A stretch of DNA of 62,946 nucleotides, the filler included, from Craspedostauros australis (lineage: Eukaryota), in assembly GCA_030167865.1 (NCBI GenBank). It is 13 parts of 13 records of this genome, joined end to end, with 100 filler letters (N's around TTAATTAATTAA, not from the genome) between each part and the next. Parts side by side here need not be neighbours in the genome. Positions count along the whole stretch, not along the records: positions 13,028 to 42,986 come from JALAGF010001573.1; positions 43,087 to 44,889 come from JALAGF010001578.1; positions 44,990 to 46,735 come from JALAGF010001579.1; 10 more parts are not named here. One strand, written 5' to 3'. Numbering within the stretch: the stretch's first letter is position 1; each line of letters starts with the position of its first letter. Below the pieces are notes generated by a model. That model was not told the DNA's origin, ran no database searches, and was given only the letters and a program-made list of their open reading frames with translations. Both the position numbers and the translations under genes were made by a program. Shown here piece by piece: positions 34,260-46,735 of the stretch.

Positions 34260-36690
34260 ATGTTCCGATTGCAGAGAGCAACGGCTGTCTTTGCCGGATT
34301 GATGCTTTTGGCATCATCGTCGCAGGCATGGGTGACACCGAACGCACAGTACCAGCATAGAAGACGGACGGCAAGCAGCAGCCGTCTGAAAATGGCGGAT
34401 ATTGAATACAATGCCGAACGCATTCGGAATTTCAGCATCATCGCGCACATTGATCATGGTGCGTTGTTATTGGGTGGAATGGAGATTGACGCAGCGACGG
34501 GAGGGAATGGAGTGAAGCGACGTGAGATGGAGTCAATGTATCCAAGAACTTGCGTGGGAGATACGAATAATGAGGATCGAACGCGTTGCCAATGCCATGG
34601 GAGAGTAGCACAACGCAACATCGATGTGATGACATGCCCTCTCAAATCAGTGGCGCCAAAATGAGAGAGAATTGTGGTCGCATCATCATCAGATGAATCA
34701 TCGGCTGCTTGGTTGATTGTCTGTTCATGCTGTCGTGCTCGTATTCTCACTCACTCGCTCATTCAAATATTCACACATTCACACATTCGCAAACACATCG
34801 TGTAAACTGCATGAATCGCACGACCCTGCTGCAGGCAAATCCACGCTCGCCGACCGTCTCCTGGAGTCCACGGAAACTGTGGCATCGCGTGACATGGAGG
34901 CACAGCTGCTGGACAACATGGATCTCGAGCGCGAGCGCGGCATCACCATCAAGCTGCAGGCGGCGCGCGTCTTGTACAAGAGCAAGAAGGACGGGGAGAT
35001 GTACACCCTCAATCTTATCGACACACCTGGTCACGTCGATTTCTCCTATGAGGTCTCGCGCAGTTTGGCCGCCTGCGAAGGTGCATTGCTCGTCGTGGAT
35101 TCGTCGCAAGGAATTGAAGCGCAGGTCAGTGAGAATGGTGCTTGTCGATATCTCACCATACTTTATGATGGTCGTATATGTGGTGCTTGGAATGATGTTA
35201 ACAATGGATCGGATGGAATTCTGAATCTTCGTCCTGCGTCGCTACAAGCATCGACAATCTGTACGCTTCTGACATTCTTGGACTCTACTCGATTCTCATT
35301 CACCTCCACCCTTCATTACCACACACCAACACGCAATGACATGCGACCACGCATACGTAACAGACACTTGCCAACGTGTATTTGGCGCTGGAGAATGATC
35401 TCGAGATCATCCCAGTCCTCAACAAAATCGATCTGCCAGCCGCCGATCCGGACCGCGTCGCCACCGAAATCGAAGACACAATCGGCTTGGACTGCACCGA
35501 CATCGTGCACGCATCGGCCAAGTCCGGCATCGGTATCGACGACATCCTCGAATCTGTCGTGCGGCTCGTGCCACCACCCAAGGCCGAACTGGGCAAACCA
35601 CTCCGTGCTCTCATCTTTGACTCGTACTACGACGCCTACCGTGGCATCGTCGTCTTCTTCCGCGTCATCGACGGTCAGATCAAGAAGGGTGACAAGGTCC
35701 GCTTCATGGCCTCGCAGGCCGAGCACGACGTCACGGAGGTCGGCGTCATGACGCCCAACCAGGTCCAGGTCGACACCCTGCGTGCCGGCGAGGTCGGTTA
35801 CATGTGCGGTTCCATCAAGGACGTGCTCGATGCGCGTGTTGGTGACACCCTCTGTCTTGCCAAGCAGTTCAAGGACATGAACAACGGCGGGCCAGAAGTG
35901 GAGGCCCTTCCAGGTTACACCGACAGCGTGCCGATGGTCTACTGCGGTCTGTTCCCCGTCGACGCGGATCAGTACGAAACGCTGCGTGATTCTCTCGGAA
36001 AGCTCAAATTGAACGATGCCGCCTTGACGTACGAGCCGGAGAACTCGGGTGCTTTGGGATTCGGTTTCCGTTGCGGGTTCTTGGGATTGTTGCATATGGA
36101 CGTCGTGCAGGAGCGCTTGTCGCGTGAGTATGGCGTGGACCTGATCGTCACTGCACCAAGTGTCGTGTACAAGGTCAAAAATGCCGATGGCACCGAGAGG
36201 GAGATCGACTCGCCCGCCAAGATGCCCGACATTACGCGCGACGAAAAGACCTTCGAACCATTCGTGCGCATGGAGATTCTGACCCCCAGCGAGTACAACG
36301 GCGCCATCATCGAGCTCGGCCAGGAACGAAGAGGTATCCTCAAGGACATCAAGTACCTGACCCCAACCCGTTCCACCATCATCTACGAACTGCCATTGGG
36401 TGAAGTCATCACCGACTTCTTCGATCAGCTCAAGTCCCGCACCAAGGGATACGCCAGCATGGAGTACAGCATCACCGACTACCGCGAGAGCGACCTCGTC
36501 CGTCTCGACGTCAAGATCAACTACGAACTCGCATCGCCGCTGGCCTGCATCGTGCACCGCGACAACGCCCAATCCATGGGACGCAAGCTCGCCAAGTCCT
36601 TGAAGAACCTCATCCCGCGCCAGATGTTCAAGGTCCCGATCCAATCCTGCATCGGCGTCAAGGTTATCGCATCCGAATCCATCTCGCCCA

Positions 36691-36721
<31 letters not shown>

Positions 36722-36854
36722 TGGCGATCTGTCCCGAAAGAAGAAGCTGCTGCAGAAGCAGGCGAAGGGTAAGAAGCGAATGAAGGCCATTGGTAAGGTC
36801 AACGTCCCGCAGGAGGCCTTCATGGCCGTGCTGAAGTTGGATAACAGTGAGTAG
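34260..36854 (+). CDS. lepA: Translation factor GUF1/LepA (EF4), probably plastid-targeted; exons 34260-34458, 34835-35124 and 35364-36854
   Basis: [76 protein letters not shown]; both GT-AG introns join in frame; bipartite-like presequence ...LLASSSQA-W. Confidence 0.95.
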
Positions 36855-37389
36855 AGCAATCAGCGATTTGCGAGGAGTTGGTGAAGAGCCGTCCACGTAA
36901 TTTAGACCTACTCTACTCTCTGGAGAGAAACTAACTTGAAGCTACTTGAAGTGGTTCCACTCGTGGAATTCTAGACAGAGAGAGAGAGGAGGAGGAAGAC
37001 TGCACCAGACGAATTCACATACTCCACGCTTTGTGTGTATTGGCACGACGAGTTCTTCTCTCGTGCGTGTGTCCATCAGCGATGCCTTCGATCGCAGCCC
37101 CAATAGAGTTCAAAGCTGTATGGTACGACTTTGGAAAGCAAGCGTCAGAAAATTCAATGCTACATTGTATGCGCTCCAACATCGAGTTCATACATTCGTA
37201 CTGCTGCAGCATACTCGTAGCTGTACGGTACTCTGATCGTATCGTAACCCACACCGCACATAGTATTGTATCATTTGGACTTTCGTGATGCGCAGTTGCA
37301 CGTCCATTTCTGTCACCACCACCACCATTGCGGTCACCGCTCCAACACCGCCAAATCTACCCGCCCGATCATCCACCAGTTCTCACGTA

Positions 37390-40300
37390 TCACGGCGACT
37401 GCTGCATTTTGCGTCTTCGCATGCCGTTGATCTTGAGGAGGGCGTAGACAAGCATGGCGATGATCAACGAATCCCACTGCAACAAATGCGACACAATGAC
37501 CTGCGTCGGTCTGCGGTCGGCGTCAAAATCTTGCCTCTGGAATTCATCGGCGTACTTCCATGGCGAGGAGGAGTCCAAAGTCGCCTCCAGCTTTTGATCC
37601 AGCCAATCGATCAACGCCATTTCCATCTTGAGGAACTTTTCATGGACCGACAGTGCGGAGAGAGCGATTTGGATGGCCAGGAGGGCACCGTCGTTGGCGC
37701 CGTTGCCAGCGAGATCGTAATGTCGCTTGGCAAGTGGAAAATCATGCGCCAAACCCAAACCCCATTGATGCATGAAACCGAGGTTGAAGTTGGCCCGGGG
37801 ACTGCTGTGCTTTTCGGCTGCCAGCGTGTAGTAGTGTGCTGCCATGGCCAGATCATTCAACGTGACTTCTTCAGAATCTGCACTCTCCGTGTCGACCGCC
37901 GTTGCGTCATTTCTCTGCTCGCCATTCTGCATTCCTGATGACGACGAGGATGATGACGATGAAGCCATGCCGACCAACTTTCTCACGAACCGCTTCAACG
38001 GCTCATCGATCGAGGCAATGAGCTTGGGCAGATACACCTCCGGGAAGATTATGTACTGCAACCAGCCGAAGGGACCGATGATGCGGTGGTAACCGAAGCT
38101 GTCCTCCTTGCCATCCGCGTTCGTGCGCATGCGTCCGTAGTAGTAGTAATCGCCGACGCGCAAGCATGCCTCGGCGTTGCCCAACGTCGCAGCGGCCTTC
38201 CACAAACGCACCGAGGCCTTCGCGCAGTCGTGCGGTGACAATCCCAAGCAGTGACCGCTCTCCAGCAGGAAGGCGGCATTGGATTTGGCCGTGGCGGAAC
38301 CGGTTTCTGCAGCGGCCAAATAGTTGCGCAGCGATGCCTCCATGTTGCCGTTGGAGTAGTGCTTGTAGGCGTTGCGCAAGCGGAAGGACCGATCCAGCGA
38401 GGCCCGCTCCGTGATCCACTTGTAATGCTTGCGAGCACGCTGACAATCGGGCTTGATGACATCGAATTCAATGACGCCGTCGTTGCCGCGCACCTTGATG
38501 CCGTTGGCGTAGATCATTGCCAACCGATGGTGCGCCATGATGTGATCCTCTCCGGCCGCCGCAGTGAGCAACCGAATGGCATCCGTGTAATCCTTCTGCG
38601 TAGACCCCTTGTAGACCTGCTTGCCAGGCACGCGTGATTTATGCAAAGCGAAGGTATCGTAGACGTCGTCGTCGTCATCATCGTCGTCGTCATCATCACC
38701 ATCGCCGCCCGTCTTGCCTTTGGCAGCAGCCGCTTGCTGCGGTTCCTGCTGAAAGGGATGCTCCACGCCTTCCGCCGAGCTTTTGCCATCGCTGGAGAGG
38801 TCGTCTACGGACTTGTAGTGAGTCTTCCAGCCCAACCACATCATGGCGAGGTTGTATCCCGCATCGATACTGCCCATCTCCTTGGCCAAGGTGAAGTACT
38901 TTTCGGCCAACTGCAGATCGGGCTTGAGCTCTCCTGGAATGCCGTGCAGATGCACCAGCCCGAGACCGTTGACGGCGCGCGGATCGCACGTGACGACGCG
39001 CTTGTTGCGGCTGTCATCGACGAGGGGGTCATCCTCACTGTCGTCGTCATCGGCGGCACCGTTGTTCTGTTGCTGCTTCTGCTGTCGCGACAGACGCAGA
39101 GACTTGTCGTGCCGACGTCGACAGCCTTCCAATCCCAAAGGTGCGCCCATGTCAAAGTACTCCCACGCCGTGTAGCGGTAGGGCCGGTCCATTCCCAATC
39201 CCCAAAAGTAGAACATGCCCAAGTGGCCGTGCGCATCCCATCGATCGCCGAATTCGGACGATATCTCGTAGTAGAAGAGCGCCTTGGTGAGGTTCTGCGG
39301 TGCACCGCGAACGCCGCCATGGTAGAATTGTGCGAGCGTGTGTGCGGCATCGATATCGGGCTGCGCGGCTGTGAGCGAGGCAGCGCCCGCGGTTGCCGAC
39401 GACGTTTTGGATTTCATCGCGGCTGCAACTGCGCTGCCTGCGCCACCGTAGGCGTAGGCCGTGGCATCCACGCCCATCGTGGCGCGGATGTGGTAGAACT
39501 GAAGGGCATCCTTGCTCTCGCTGGGTTTGTTGTGCCAATCGAGCTGCGAGGATTGCCCACCGTGCATGTAGATCTCCGCCAAGGAATGGTGATCCTGCGG
39601 TGGCAAGACGCGGCCTCTTGAATTGGGCGCATGCTCCAGCTGATCCATGATTCCATTTCCCGCAGCCTCGTAGTACGGCAGCGAACGTTCGCACGACGAC
39701 GTAGAACCGGCCTGTCCACTCGTTTGACTGCTGCCGCCGCCATCGTTGGGCTCGAAATCAGGATGCACGACGTCGATTCTGTGCGCCAGCGCCATGGCAG
39801 CTTCGATGTTGCCACCCATGGCGGCCAGATGCCAATAGAGGTAAGACTGGATGATCTGCGACACCGGTTCTCGTTTCGTTGCACTGCCTCGATTCTCATC
39901 ATTATGAACAGACGCAGCCGGCGCAACACCAGCCGACACGTCAATGAACTCCTCCGCAACCTGCAGCTTGGGAGCCATGGAGATCACGCCTGCGCTGCCG
40001 TTGGGTGAATCGTACGGAGCCGTGGAAACGGGCCAGATGCCGCTGGCGTACGCCATGGCGGCATAATGCTGCGCAGTCGGGTGACCGGCGTCCGCCGCCT
40101 TGATGAGCAGCATGGCAGGATCAGCGGCCAGCTTCGTCTTGCCGATCGAGGACGGATATCCCGCCGTGGAAGAGGACGATGAAGATTGCGCGCGGGTACT
40201 CACACGTGCATTCCCTTCATCTTCCGAATGAACCAAGTACTGCTCGATGGACGGCACGAAGATGGGATCGTGGCGATTGGCGTACGCATCGCCTTCCTCA

Positions 40301-40674
40301 TCTTCCGCATCCGGACGCTGTCCCACCACCGCATCCCACTGCAGGAAGGACCTGGCCTGATTCCAATAGGCGTTGCCAATCAAAACCTGCGACGAAGCAC
40401 CGTCCGGCGCCACCAGATCCCGCATATTCACGACGGATCGCACCAGACGTGGATCATCCGAACGGCTGAAGATGTAACGAAAGTACCACGGCGTTGTGTT
40501 GTCAATGGGTCGCGACGATGCAGTGCTGCCGGCCGTCCCAGCAGTCGCGCTCTGCCGCTTCTGCTGAATCAGCTTCTCCTGATTCACATACCATTGCAAT
40601 GTCAGGACTCCTCCGCCCAACATTCCCGTCATGCTGGCCAAGCCAAACAGGATCAGTAGCTTCGTCTCCATCAT
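37390..40674 (-). CDS. SEL1L/Hrd3-like ERAD component (Sel1 repeats, N- and C-terminal hydrophobic segments)
   Basis: Sel1 repeats (AAMGGNIEAAMALAHR, AKSNAAFLLE, ACLRVGDYYYYG) and the Hrd3-type FNLGFMHQWGLGLAHDFPLAKRHYD before a C-terminal TM helix. Confidence 0.85.
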   Translation of the reverse strand: MMETKLLILFGLASMTGMLGGGVLTLQWYVNQEKLIQQKRQSATAGTAGSTASSRPIDNTTPWYFRYIFSRSDDPRLVRSVVNMRDLVAPDGASSQVLIGNAYWNQARSFLQWDAVVGQRPDAEDEEGDAYANRHDPIFVPSIEQYLVHSEDEGNARVSTRAQSSSSSSTAGYPSSIGKTKLAADPAMLLIKAADAGHPTAQHYAAMAYASGIWPVSTAPYDSPNGSAGVISMAPKLQVAEEFIDVSAGVAPAASVHNDENRGSATKREPVSQIIQSYLYWHLAAMGGNIEAAMALAHRIDVVHPDFEPNDGGGSSQTSGQAGSTSSCERSLPYYEAAGNGIMDQLEHAPNSRGRVLPPQDHHSLAEIYMHGGQSSQLDWHNKPSESKDALQFYHIRATMGVDATAYAYGGAGSAVAAAMKSKTSSATAGAASLTAAQPDIDAAHTLAQFYHGGVRGAPQNLTKALFYYEISSEFGDRWDAHGHLGMFYFWGLGMDRPYRYTAWEYFDMGAPLGLEGCRRRHDKSLRLSRQQKQQQNNGAADDDDSEDDPLVDDSRNKRVVTCDPRAVNGLGLVHLHGIPGELKPDLQLAEKYFTLAKEMGSIDAGYNLAMMWLGWKTHYKSVDDLSSDGKSSAEGVEHPFQQEPQQAAAAKGKTGGDGDDDDDDDDDDDVYDTFALHKSRVPGKQVYKGSTQKDYTDAIRLLTAAAGEDHIMAHHRLAMIYANGIKVRGNDGVIEFDVIKPDCQRARKHYKWITERASLDRSFRLRNAYKHYSNGNMEASLRNYLAAAETGSATAKSNAAFLLESGHCLGLSPHDCAKASVRLWKAAATLGNAEACLRVGDYYYYGRMRTNADGKEDSFGYHRIIGPFGWLQYIIFPEVYLPKLIASIDEPLKRFVRKLVGMASSSSSSSSSGMQNGEQRNDATAVDTESADSEEVTLNDLAMAAHYYTLAAEKHSSPRANFNLGFMHQWGLGLAHDFPLAKRHYDLAGNGANDGALLAIQIALSALSVHEKFLKMEMALIDWLDQKLEATLDSSSPWKYADEFQRQDFDADRRPTQVIVSHLLQWDSLIIAMLVYALLKINGMRRRKMQQSP

Positions 40675-43137
40675 CGTGATCGCCTCTCTTAGGGTGTTTC
40701 TTCCCTTGTTGTCTTCCTTGTTGCCTTGATCAATGATCCAACGCAAGGATTGCTCTGCAAACACTCGAATGCTCCGATTTGTGACTACAACAGAAACGAG
40801 GATCTGGATTCTTGTTGTGATTTTGTCGCCACGACGACCGCTGTGGCTCCATTTTCGTTTTGGTTCTTCTCGTTCTGTTCGAGTTGGTCAATCATGTACG
40901 GAAATTGGGTCGATCTCGTCGAAGAATCATTCACGGAGACTATCCAGCAACGAAGATAGGAGCAAGTGCCACGATACGTCGCAGAAAACAAGGCACTTTC
41001 GGTTTGGACAAGCGAACTAGGCGAGAGTGAACGACCACAACATTTCAAGTCCATGGCAATCTCAGGAACTCACGTACAAGACCCAATCAAGGGCGCCAAG
41101 TTTCTCACAAGGTTGATAGCACGCACAGCTTCTCATTTGTAACGAAACGGCTGGCATCACCGTCTCCCACCCGTGTTCAGTGCGTGCGACTCGTAGATGC
41201 GTCCAGGCTACAAGAGGAGTGGCCTCTCCCCCAAGCGCAAGCCGCCGCTTGGGGACGCCGTCATCCATGTGGCCTACTGGAGTGTACTGACACCATGGAA
41301 CGGGTCAAGCAGATGTCGGAAGAGTCGGCATTCATTGGCGGTTACTTACAGACGCATACGAGCACCTGCATGGTGATTGGTGGGGCTCCTTGCTAACACG
41401 CATACCATCCGAGCTAAGTCACCGGGCGCGATATCCTCTTGTCTATCATCACCATCATCGCCACCATCATGCGCAACAACGTTGCCAGTCATCCTTCTCC
41501 ACGACTACGTACACGACTGTGGCATCCGCGTACGTGCAGTCCTCATAAACCTGAACACTGTGCGCAACGCTGCTCTTTTGACCTCTGTTCTCTCGTCTGG
41601 AGAGGCTTCTTTCCACGATGTCTCCTCGTCTTGATGGATTGTTGCGCTCACCAAGAGTGTGGCGTGATGACCTTGTGGAGCGCTGTCGATGCCATGGGTC
41701 CCGACGTCAGGCCGATCGACTTCTGCCGTCTAAGTTGGAACCGCATGGAAACCATGGATGAGATGACAAAATGCCAATGGAATCCAACACAAGGAAGGGT
41801 GATACTTGGAGCAAGAAGAGTTGATACTCGCGGCGAGGGTCGCACCTCTGCGGTGGGCACCATTTGCTTTCGTCTTTGCTTTTCTTCGTGTCGTCTTGCA
41901 GACTATAAGACATCGCTTTGTCGAGCGTCGACGGTGGAAAATGATGCTGACACCATTGTTCCAATCATGCTTGACGCACATTCGTCGGCTGTTCTTCCTG
42001 TTCTTGCTGGTTCTGCTACGCTGCTCCCACTTGGTCTTCACGTTTTGTATCAGCGACAAGCTTGAAGGATGCCAGACACCTGCATGGTTGAAGTCAATGG
42101 ATAGCACATTTCTTCGATCCTGCTTTGAGTTCCTCGTCGAGTATTTGTTGAGTACTACAAACTTTATGGTGCTCTACCTGTGCGAGTACAGGTAGCGCTT
42201 TGCTGAAGATGACAAGGGAGGCTGTGCGTGGCGTATGCGCGTGGTTCCATGCACCAGGTGCCAGCAGTTGTATGTTGTCGATGTCACATCAACATGTGAC
42301 AACGTTGCAGCTATCATTCTGATCTGCCATCTGTGACTAGAGTGGCGTAGAGTAGGGTACTGTTCTCTACGCTGCTCTATTCTGATGCACTTTGTTGGAC
42401 TCTACGACATTTCTGCGCCACCTTTGGCCACGTGCGGGTTTGGTGGAACCAAGTCTTCGTTCGGAAGGCAGATCCGTCATGTGGCGCACTACTCAAGCCC
42501 CGAATAGAACGGAGCACAACATAGAGCATGGCACAGCGGTCTGTGGCATGCATAGTTGGTGCTCTCTCTCTCTCTCTGTTGGTAGAGAGTAAAGAGACCA
42601 TCTGCTATTTCTCGCAATACTTGTATTGTACAATACATTTTTATATTGTATTGTATAATATTGTATGATATTCTAGAATATGATATTCTATTCGATAATA
42701 TTATTTTACAGTATACATGCCAGTTGGCACACCTTCTCGCAAGAATCATGCGTGGCGCCATTCGTTGCAGAAAGATGTAGCAAACGTGATTTCTTTGGTT
42801 CCCTCTCTCTTCCCCTGGGAGTTGAGGGAAATTGGCATCCGTGACATATCTCCACCCGTGATTCGACATCTCAGAATCGGATCGAACAATCTCGAATGTT
42901 TCGCAACACAACACAAATCAGCTGTCTCGATCTCACAAAACTGGTTGTTGTTGAGAACTACTACTACTACTGTTATGTTTGGTGTTNNNNNNNNNNNNNN
43001 NNNNNNNNNNNNNNNNNNNNNNNNNNNNNNTTAATTAATTAANNNNNNNNNNNNNNNNNNNNNNNNNNNNNNNNNNNNNNNNNNNNGCTCTTTCTGTCGT
43101 CCAATCGGCTGCGAACAGCGACGTGTGGATGAGGGAG

Positions 43138-43313
43138 AAAAGGTGCCCTATTTAGGGCACGTTTTGAAAACATGCCCTATTTAAGGCACGTTTTGAAAAG
43201 GTGCCCTATATAAGGCACGTTTTCAAAAGATGCCCTATATAAGGCACGTTTTGAAAAGGTGCCCTAATTTAGGGCATGGTTTGAGAACGTGCCCTATTTT
43301 AGGGCATCTTTTG
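43138..43313. repeat. Six tandem copies of a 29-30-bp near-palindromic unit (AAAAGGTGCCCTATTTAGGGCACGTTTTG)
   Basis: Directly visible; GTGCCCT/AGGGCAC inverted arms; no spacers between units. Confidence 0.92.
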
Positions 43314-44989
43314 ACATCGNACAGATACGAGTCGCGAGTGGCGACGACAATGTCTGAAGGACATGGCAACCAAGACTAATAAAATCTCGTTCACGACTAA
43401 CATTGTTCGTCAGTCCGTTAAAATTCACTCGGACCACCATATCCGGCAGTTTACCGGAAGCCCCTGCGAACTTCATTGCGTTGGTTGTTTGGTTTGGTTA
43501 GCTTGTGAGGTTTCGGACGTTGATGTTTGTATTTGTTCGTTTGTCGTGAGCACGCGAGTTGCGGCCGTCGTCAGATGGGTAAATGAGAGATATAGAAGCA
43601 AGTCGATTGGTGTGAGCAAAGAGGTTGGAACGTGATGGCATATGTGGATGTGGCGCCGACAGCGTTTGTGATCTGCTCTGTGTTGGTTGGAGTCCGATGG
43701 GCGTGGCGAGTTTCATCATGTCGCCGCGCGTTGTCGTTGCGTGGTGCGGCATGCCACGGCCAACAGAACTTCAACTTCGTTGTGTCTGTGACACATGGTG
43801 GTTTTGGCGACGAATCAAGCGAAGCGGGCACCAAGGGACGGTCGGGCGAGAAGTCCACGATTATTTCTTGCCGGTACAGGTGCGTGCCACAGTGATGAGG
43901 GTCGATGGGATCGTCGCGATTGTTGCTTGATAGCTTCGCCCCGCCAATCATCATGTTGGTCCTTGGTGCCCCTCACCACTATGGTCTGCGCCGCGATGGT
44001 CTGCGCCACCGTGTGGACGTCTGCGATGTTGAAGTCCTACTGTCATGGCGCTGCTGCCATTGCCGGCGCCGCCATGATGGCTGTGATTGTCATTGGAATG
44101 ACGACTTGCTACAGCCACGGAGGCAGCGGCAGTTGCCATTGAGGGCGGAGTGCTGCATCTTGTCTTACCGTTTGTTTGTTGTGCAGCTGGCTGTATTTGC
44201 TGGTCGGTTTTGATTGTGAGATAATCAAGTTTTGTGAGAAGAGAAGGTCGCTCTTCGACGTGTTTGCTTTGCTTTTGCTTTTGGTGACGACGATGTGCGA
44301 AGCTGCGATCGAGTCCGACCTACCAATAAGGTGGGGAAAGTGCACGGCAGAGTACAACTCGATGCATGCTGGTGGAGTGCTGTGTGGTGTGGTATGGCCC
44401 TCGCGCGAGTGGGTTGACCAAAGACGTCGTGGGGAACCACAATTGCCACAATCCTTTTCGTGTCGGCAAGGGATTGCCCCAAATTTGCATTTGCGGGTTC
44501 GCGCCTCACGCGCGATCCTCGCAACAATTTCATCGGTGAACACACAGAGAAAACACAAAGCGAGAGCTGGAACTCAAGTTGGCGCATGGAACACAAATTT
44601 GGAACGTTCGAGACACGCCGCAGCGAAAATGTGACACCTTTCTCGGGAAACCCTCTCAGATTTCCTGATAAATTGTTTATGTCGTTCCTCTCTGTGAGAA
44701 AGTTACGGCCTGACCTTCCTTGAATTGCAAGAAATTATCTCTGATAAGTTATGAGGGCTTGAGTTGAGAAATCTCCCACAGTAGTCCGTGCTATAGGTGT
44801 TTTGCTTTCGGTCGCACATGAGCGCGACTCGTCATTTTCTTCGACTTGGACATCGGTTAGCGGAGAAACCGTTGTTGTTCTCTCTCAGANNNNNNNNNNN
44901 NNNNNNNNNNNNNNNNNNNNNNNNNNNNNNNNNTTAATTAATTAANNNNNNNNNNNNNNNNNNNNNNNNNNNNNNNNNNNNNNNNNNNN

Positions 44990-46735
44990 TTTCTTCAGGG
45001 TCATGATGACGCCGAGGTTGCTGATGTTGAATCCGCTTTCGAGAGCCTTGTTGATGCTCAGTAGATTGACCCATAACTTGGGCACGTACTTCACCGACTT
45101 GAGTACCACGTTGTATCTCCTCCCGTTTCTTTGCATGACGGTCATGCGCTTGTCGCCCACCTTGGTTACCTTGAGGAAGCGCCCGCTCCCGATCTTCACA
45201 TTCTGATCGGAGACGCGAACGTTGGTCATCCCTTCGTCGTTGTTGGTGAGATGGCACGATGCGCCAGAATCTCCCAACCAGGTGTTGGTCTCGTAGTTGT
45301 CCGGTGCGACGGAGGAGCGCCTTGCGCTGACGTTGTCGGTGTTGCCGACCACCATTGCCACTTCGTGTTGCTCTTCGCGTTCAGAGTAGATTGGCAGCAC
45401 CCAGTGCTCTGGCTTTGGGAGTCTGACTCCGCAGTCACTTTGGTGATGGGTCCAGCTGATGGAGTTTGCGGCATGGTGGGTCATGCGCGTAATCAGATCG
45501 CTGGGGAAGGGGTCGAAGCGACGAGATTCCAAACTGTTGTTGATGTTGCACGGGTTGCGACACACACTCAATGTGGTAAGCATCCCGATCTCGTGCAGTT
45601 TGAAATACACCGTGCGTGGCTCGATGAGAGGGACGCGGTCCCAGCTGTGAGTGGCCACAGCGTCATAGCACAGTAAGGCGAGCTCACAACGCACATCATN
45701 GGCTTTGAGCACGTTGCTCAGCGATGCTCGAACCGCATTGCGGAGGGAGCCAGCTCTTTCGAGTCTGGTACGTCGTTCCGCGCGCTCTTCGTCGTTGGTT
45801 GGCACATTGCCACGCGGCTCGTTGTGGAGCTGGATGAAGAAAGGGACTTGGGGGCACTCCACGCACCATGCGTAGAGTGGTCCTCGCTTGAGGCACAGAG
45901 GGCACCAGGCCGTATTGGTGGTAAGCCCTGTCGAGTTCCCGATCATGCGGTCCACACGAGAGAGCTCTGGGGCGAAGTTGAAGATAGGGCGACGTGCCTC
46001 TTCTTCTCGGTTGGCATCGCCCATGTCGTTGTCCACGTCTTCAGTGTCGGTGGTCCCTTCGTTGGTCAGGCTTGCGTCGTAGTAGGACTCTTGTCCTTGG
46101 TTGGAGTTGCTCATCTTGTTGTTGGCGTTGTGTGGTCTCAAGGAAACAATGGGAGAAGTGTCAGTCTGTTCGACGATGGATGCAAAGGCGACGTCTTCCA
46201 TTACGTTGGAGTCGGATTGATTGTTGCTTCCGATGTCGCGTGTTTTTCCCTCGTCTGTGTTCACGGATAAGTTGGTCACATTTTCCAATTCGTTCGTGTT
46301 TCCCGAGGTGGGGACACAAATTAGCTCGTCTGTCATCATGAGAGCCACGTCGTTGTTTCCTTCCATTCCATCAGTCGCCACGTTGGCCGAGTCTGCCTCC
46401 TTCATGGCTGCCTTCAGCTTGAAGCACTGTAGGATCTTATGTCCCTTCTTACCGCAGTACTTACACTCCCCATTGAACTTGGGCTTGCTGTTGTTGTCTC
46501 CTTGGCCACTCTTCTTGTTCTTGCCGTTGCCTTTCTTGGGGGCGGAGCGNCAGTCTGCCTTCTTGTGGCCGTAGGCGCCACAGTTGCGGCAGTGACCTTT
46601 GAAGCCTCCTACTGCAGCGAATGCAGTCTCTTCCCTGTTACTGTTGCTCTCTGTCAGGAATCGGGAGTACGACTTTGCAAAGATACCGTATTCTGCCGCA
46701 GCTCCCATGAGGACTGACTGGAACCGGAATGGTAT
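44990..46735 (-). mobile_element. Ty1/copia (CoDi-like) Gag C-terminus to protease fragment
   Basis: Two CCHC knuckles (CRNCGAYGHKKAD-X, CKYCGKKGHKILQC); protease WLGDSGASCHLT and downstream LKSVKYVPKLWVNLLSI; open across the contig. Confidence 0.92.

Noticed and set aside
35316..36896. 526-aa antisense ORF (and similar long antisense ORFs over the SET, FUSC, SEL1L, HA and mucin genes)
   Set aside because: Shadow ORFs expected from GC3-rich codon usage of the real gene on the opposite strand; no recognisable motifs.
41050..42980. Possible decayed genes or TE after SEL1L
   Set aside because: Only short ORFs with no motif I can recognise.
43138..43313. CRISPR array
   Set aside because: The palindromic repeats are directly adjacent with no unique spacers, there are no cas genes, and the context is eukaryotic.
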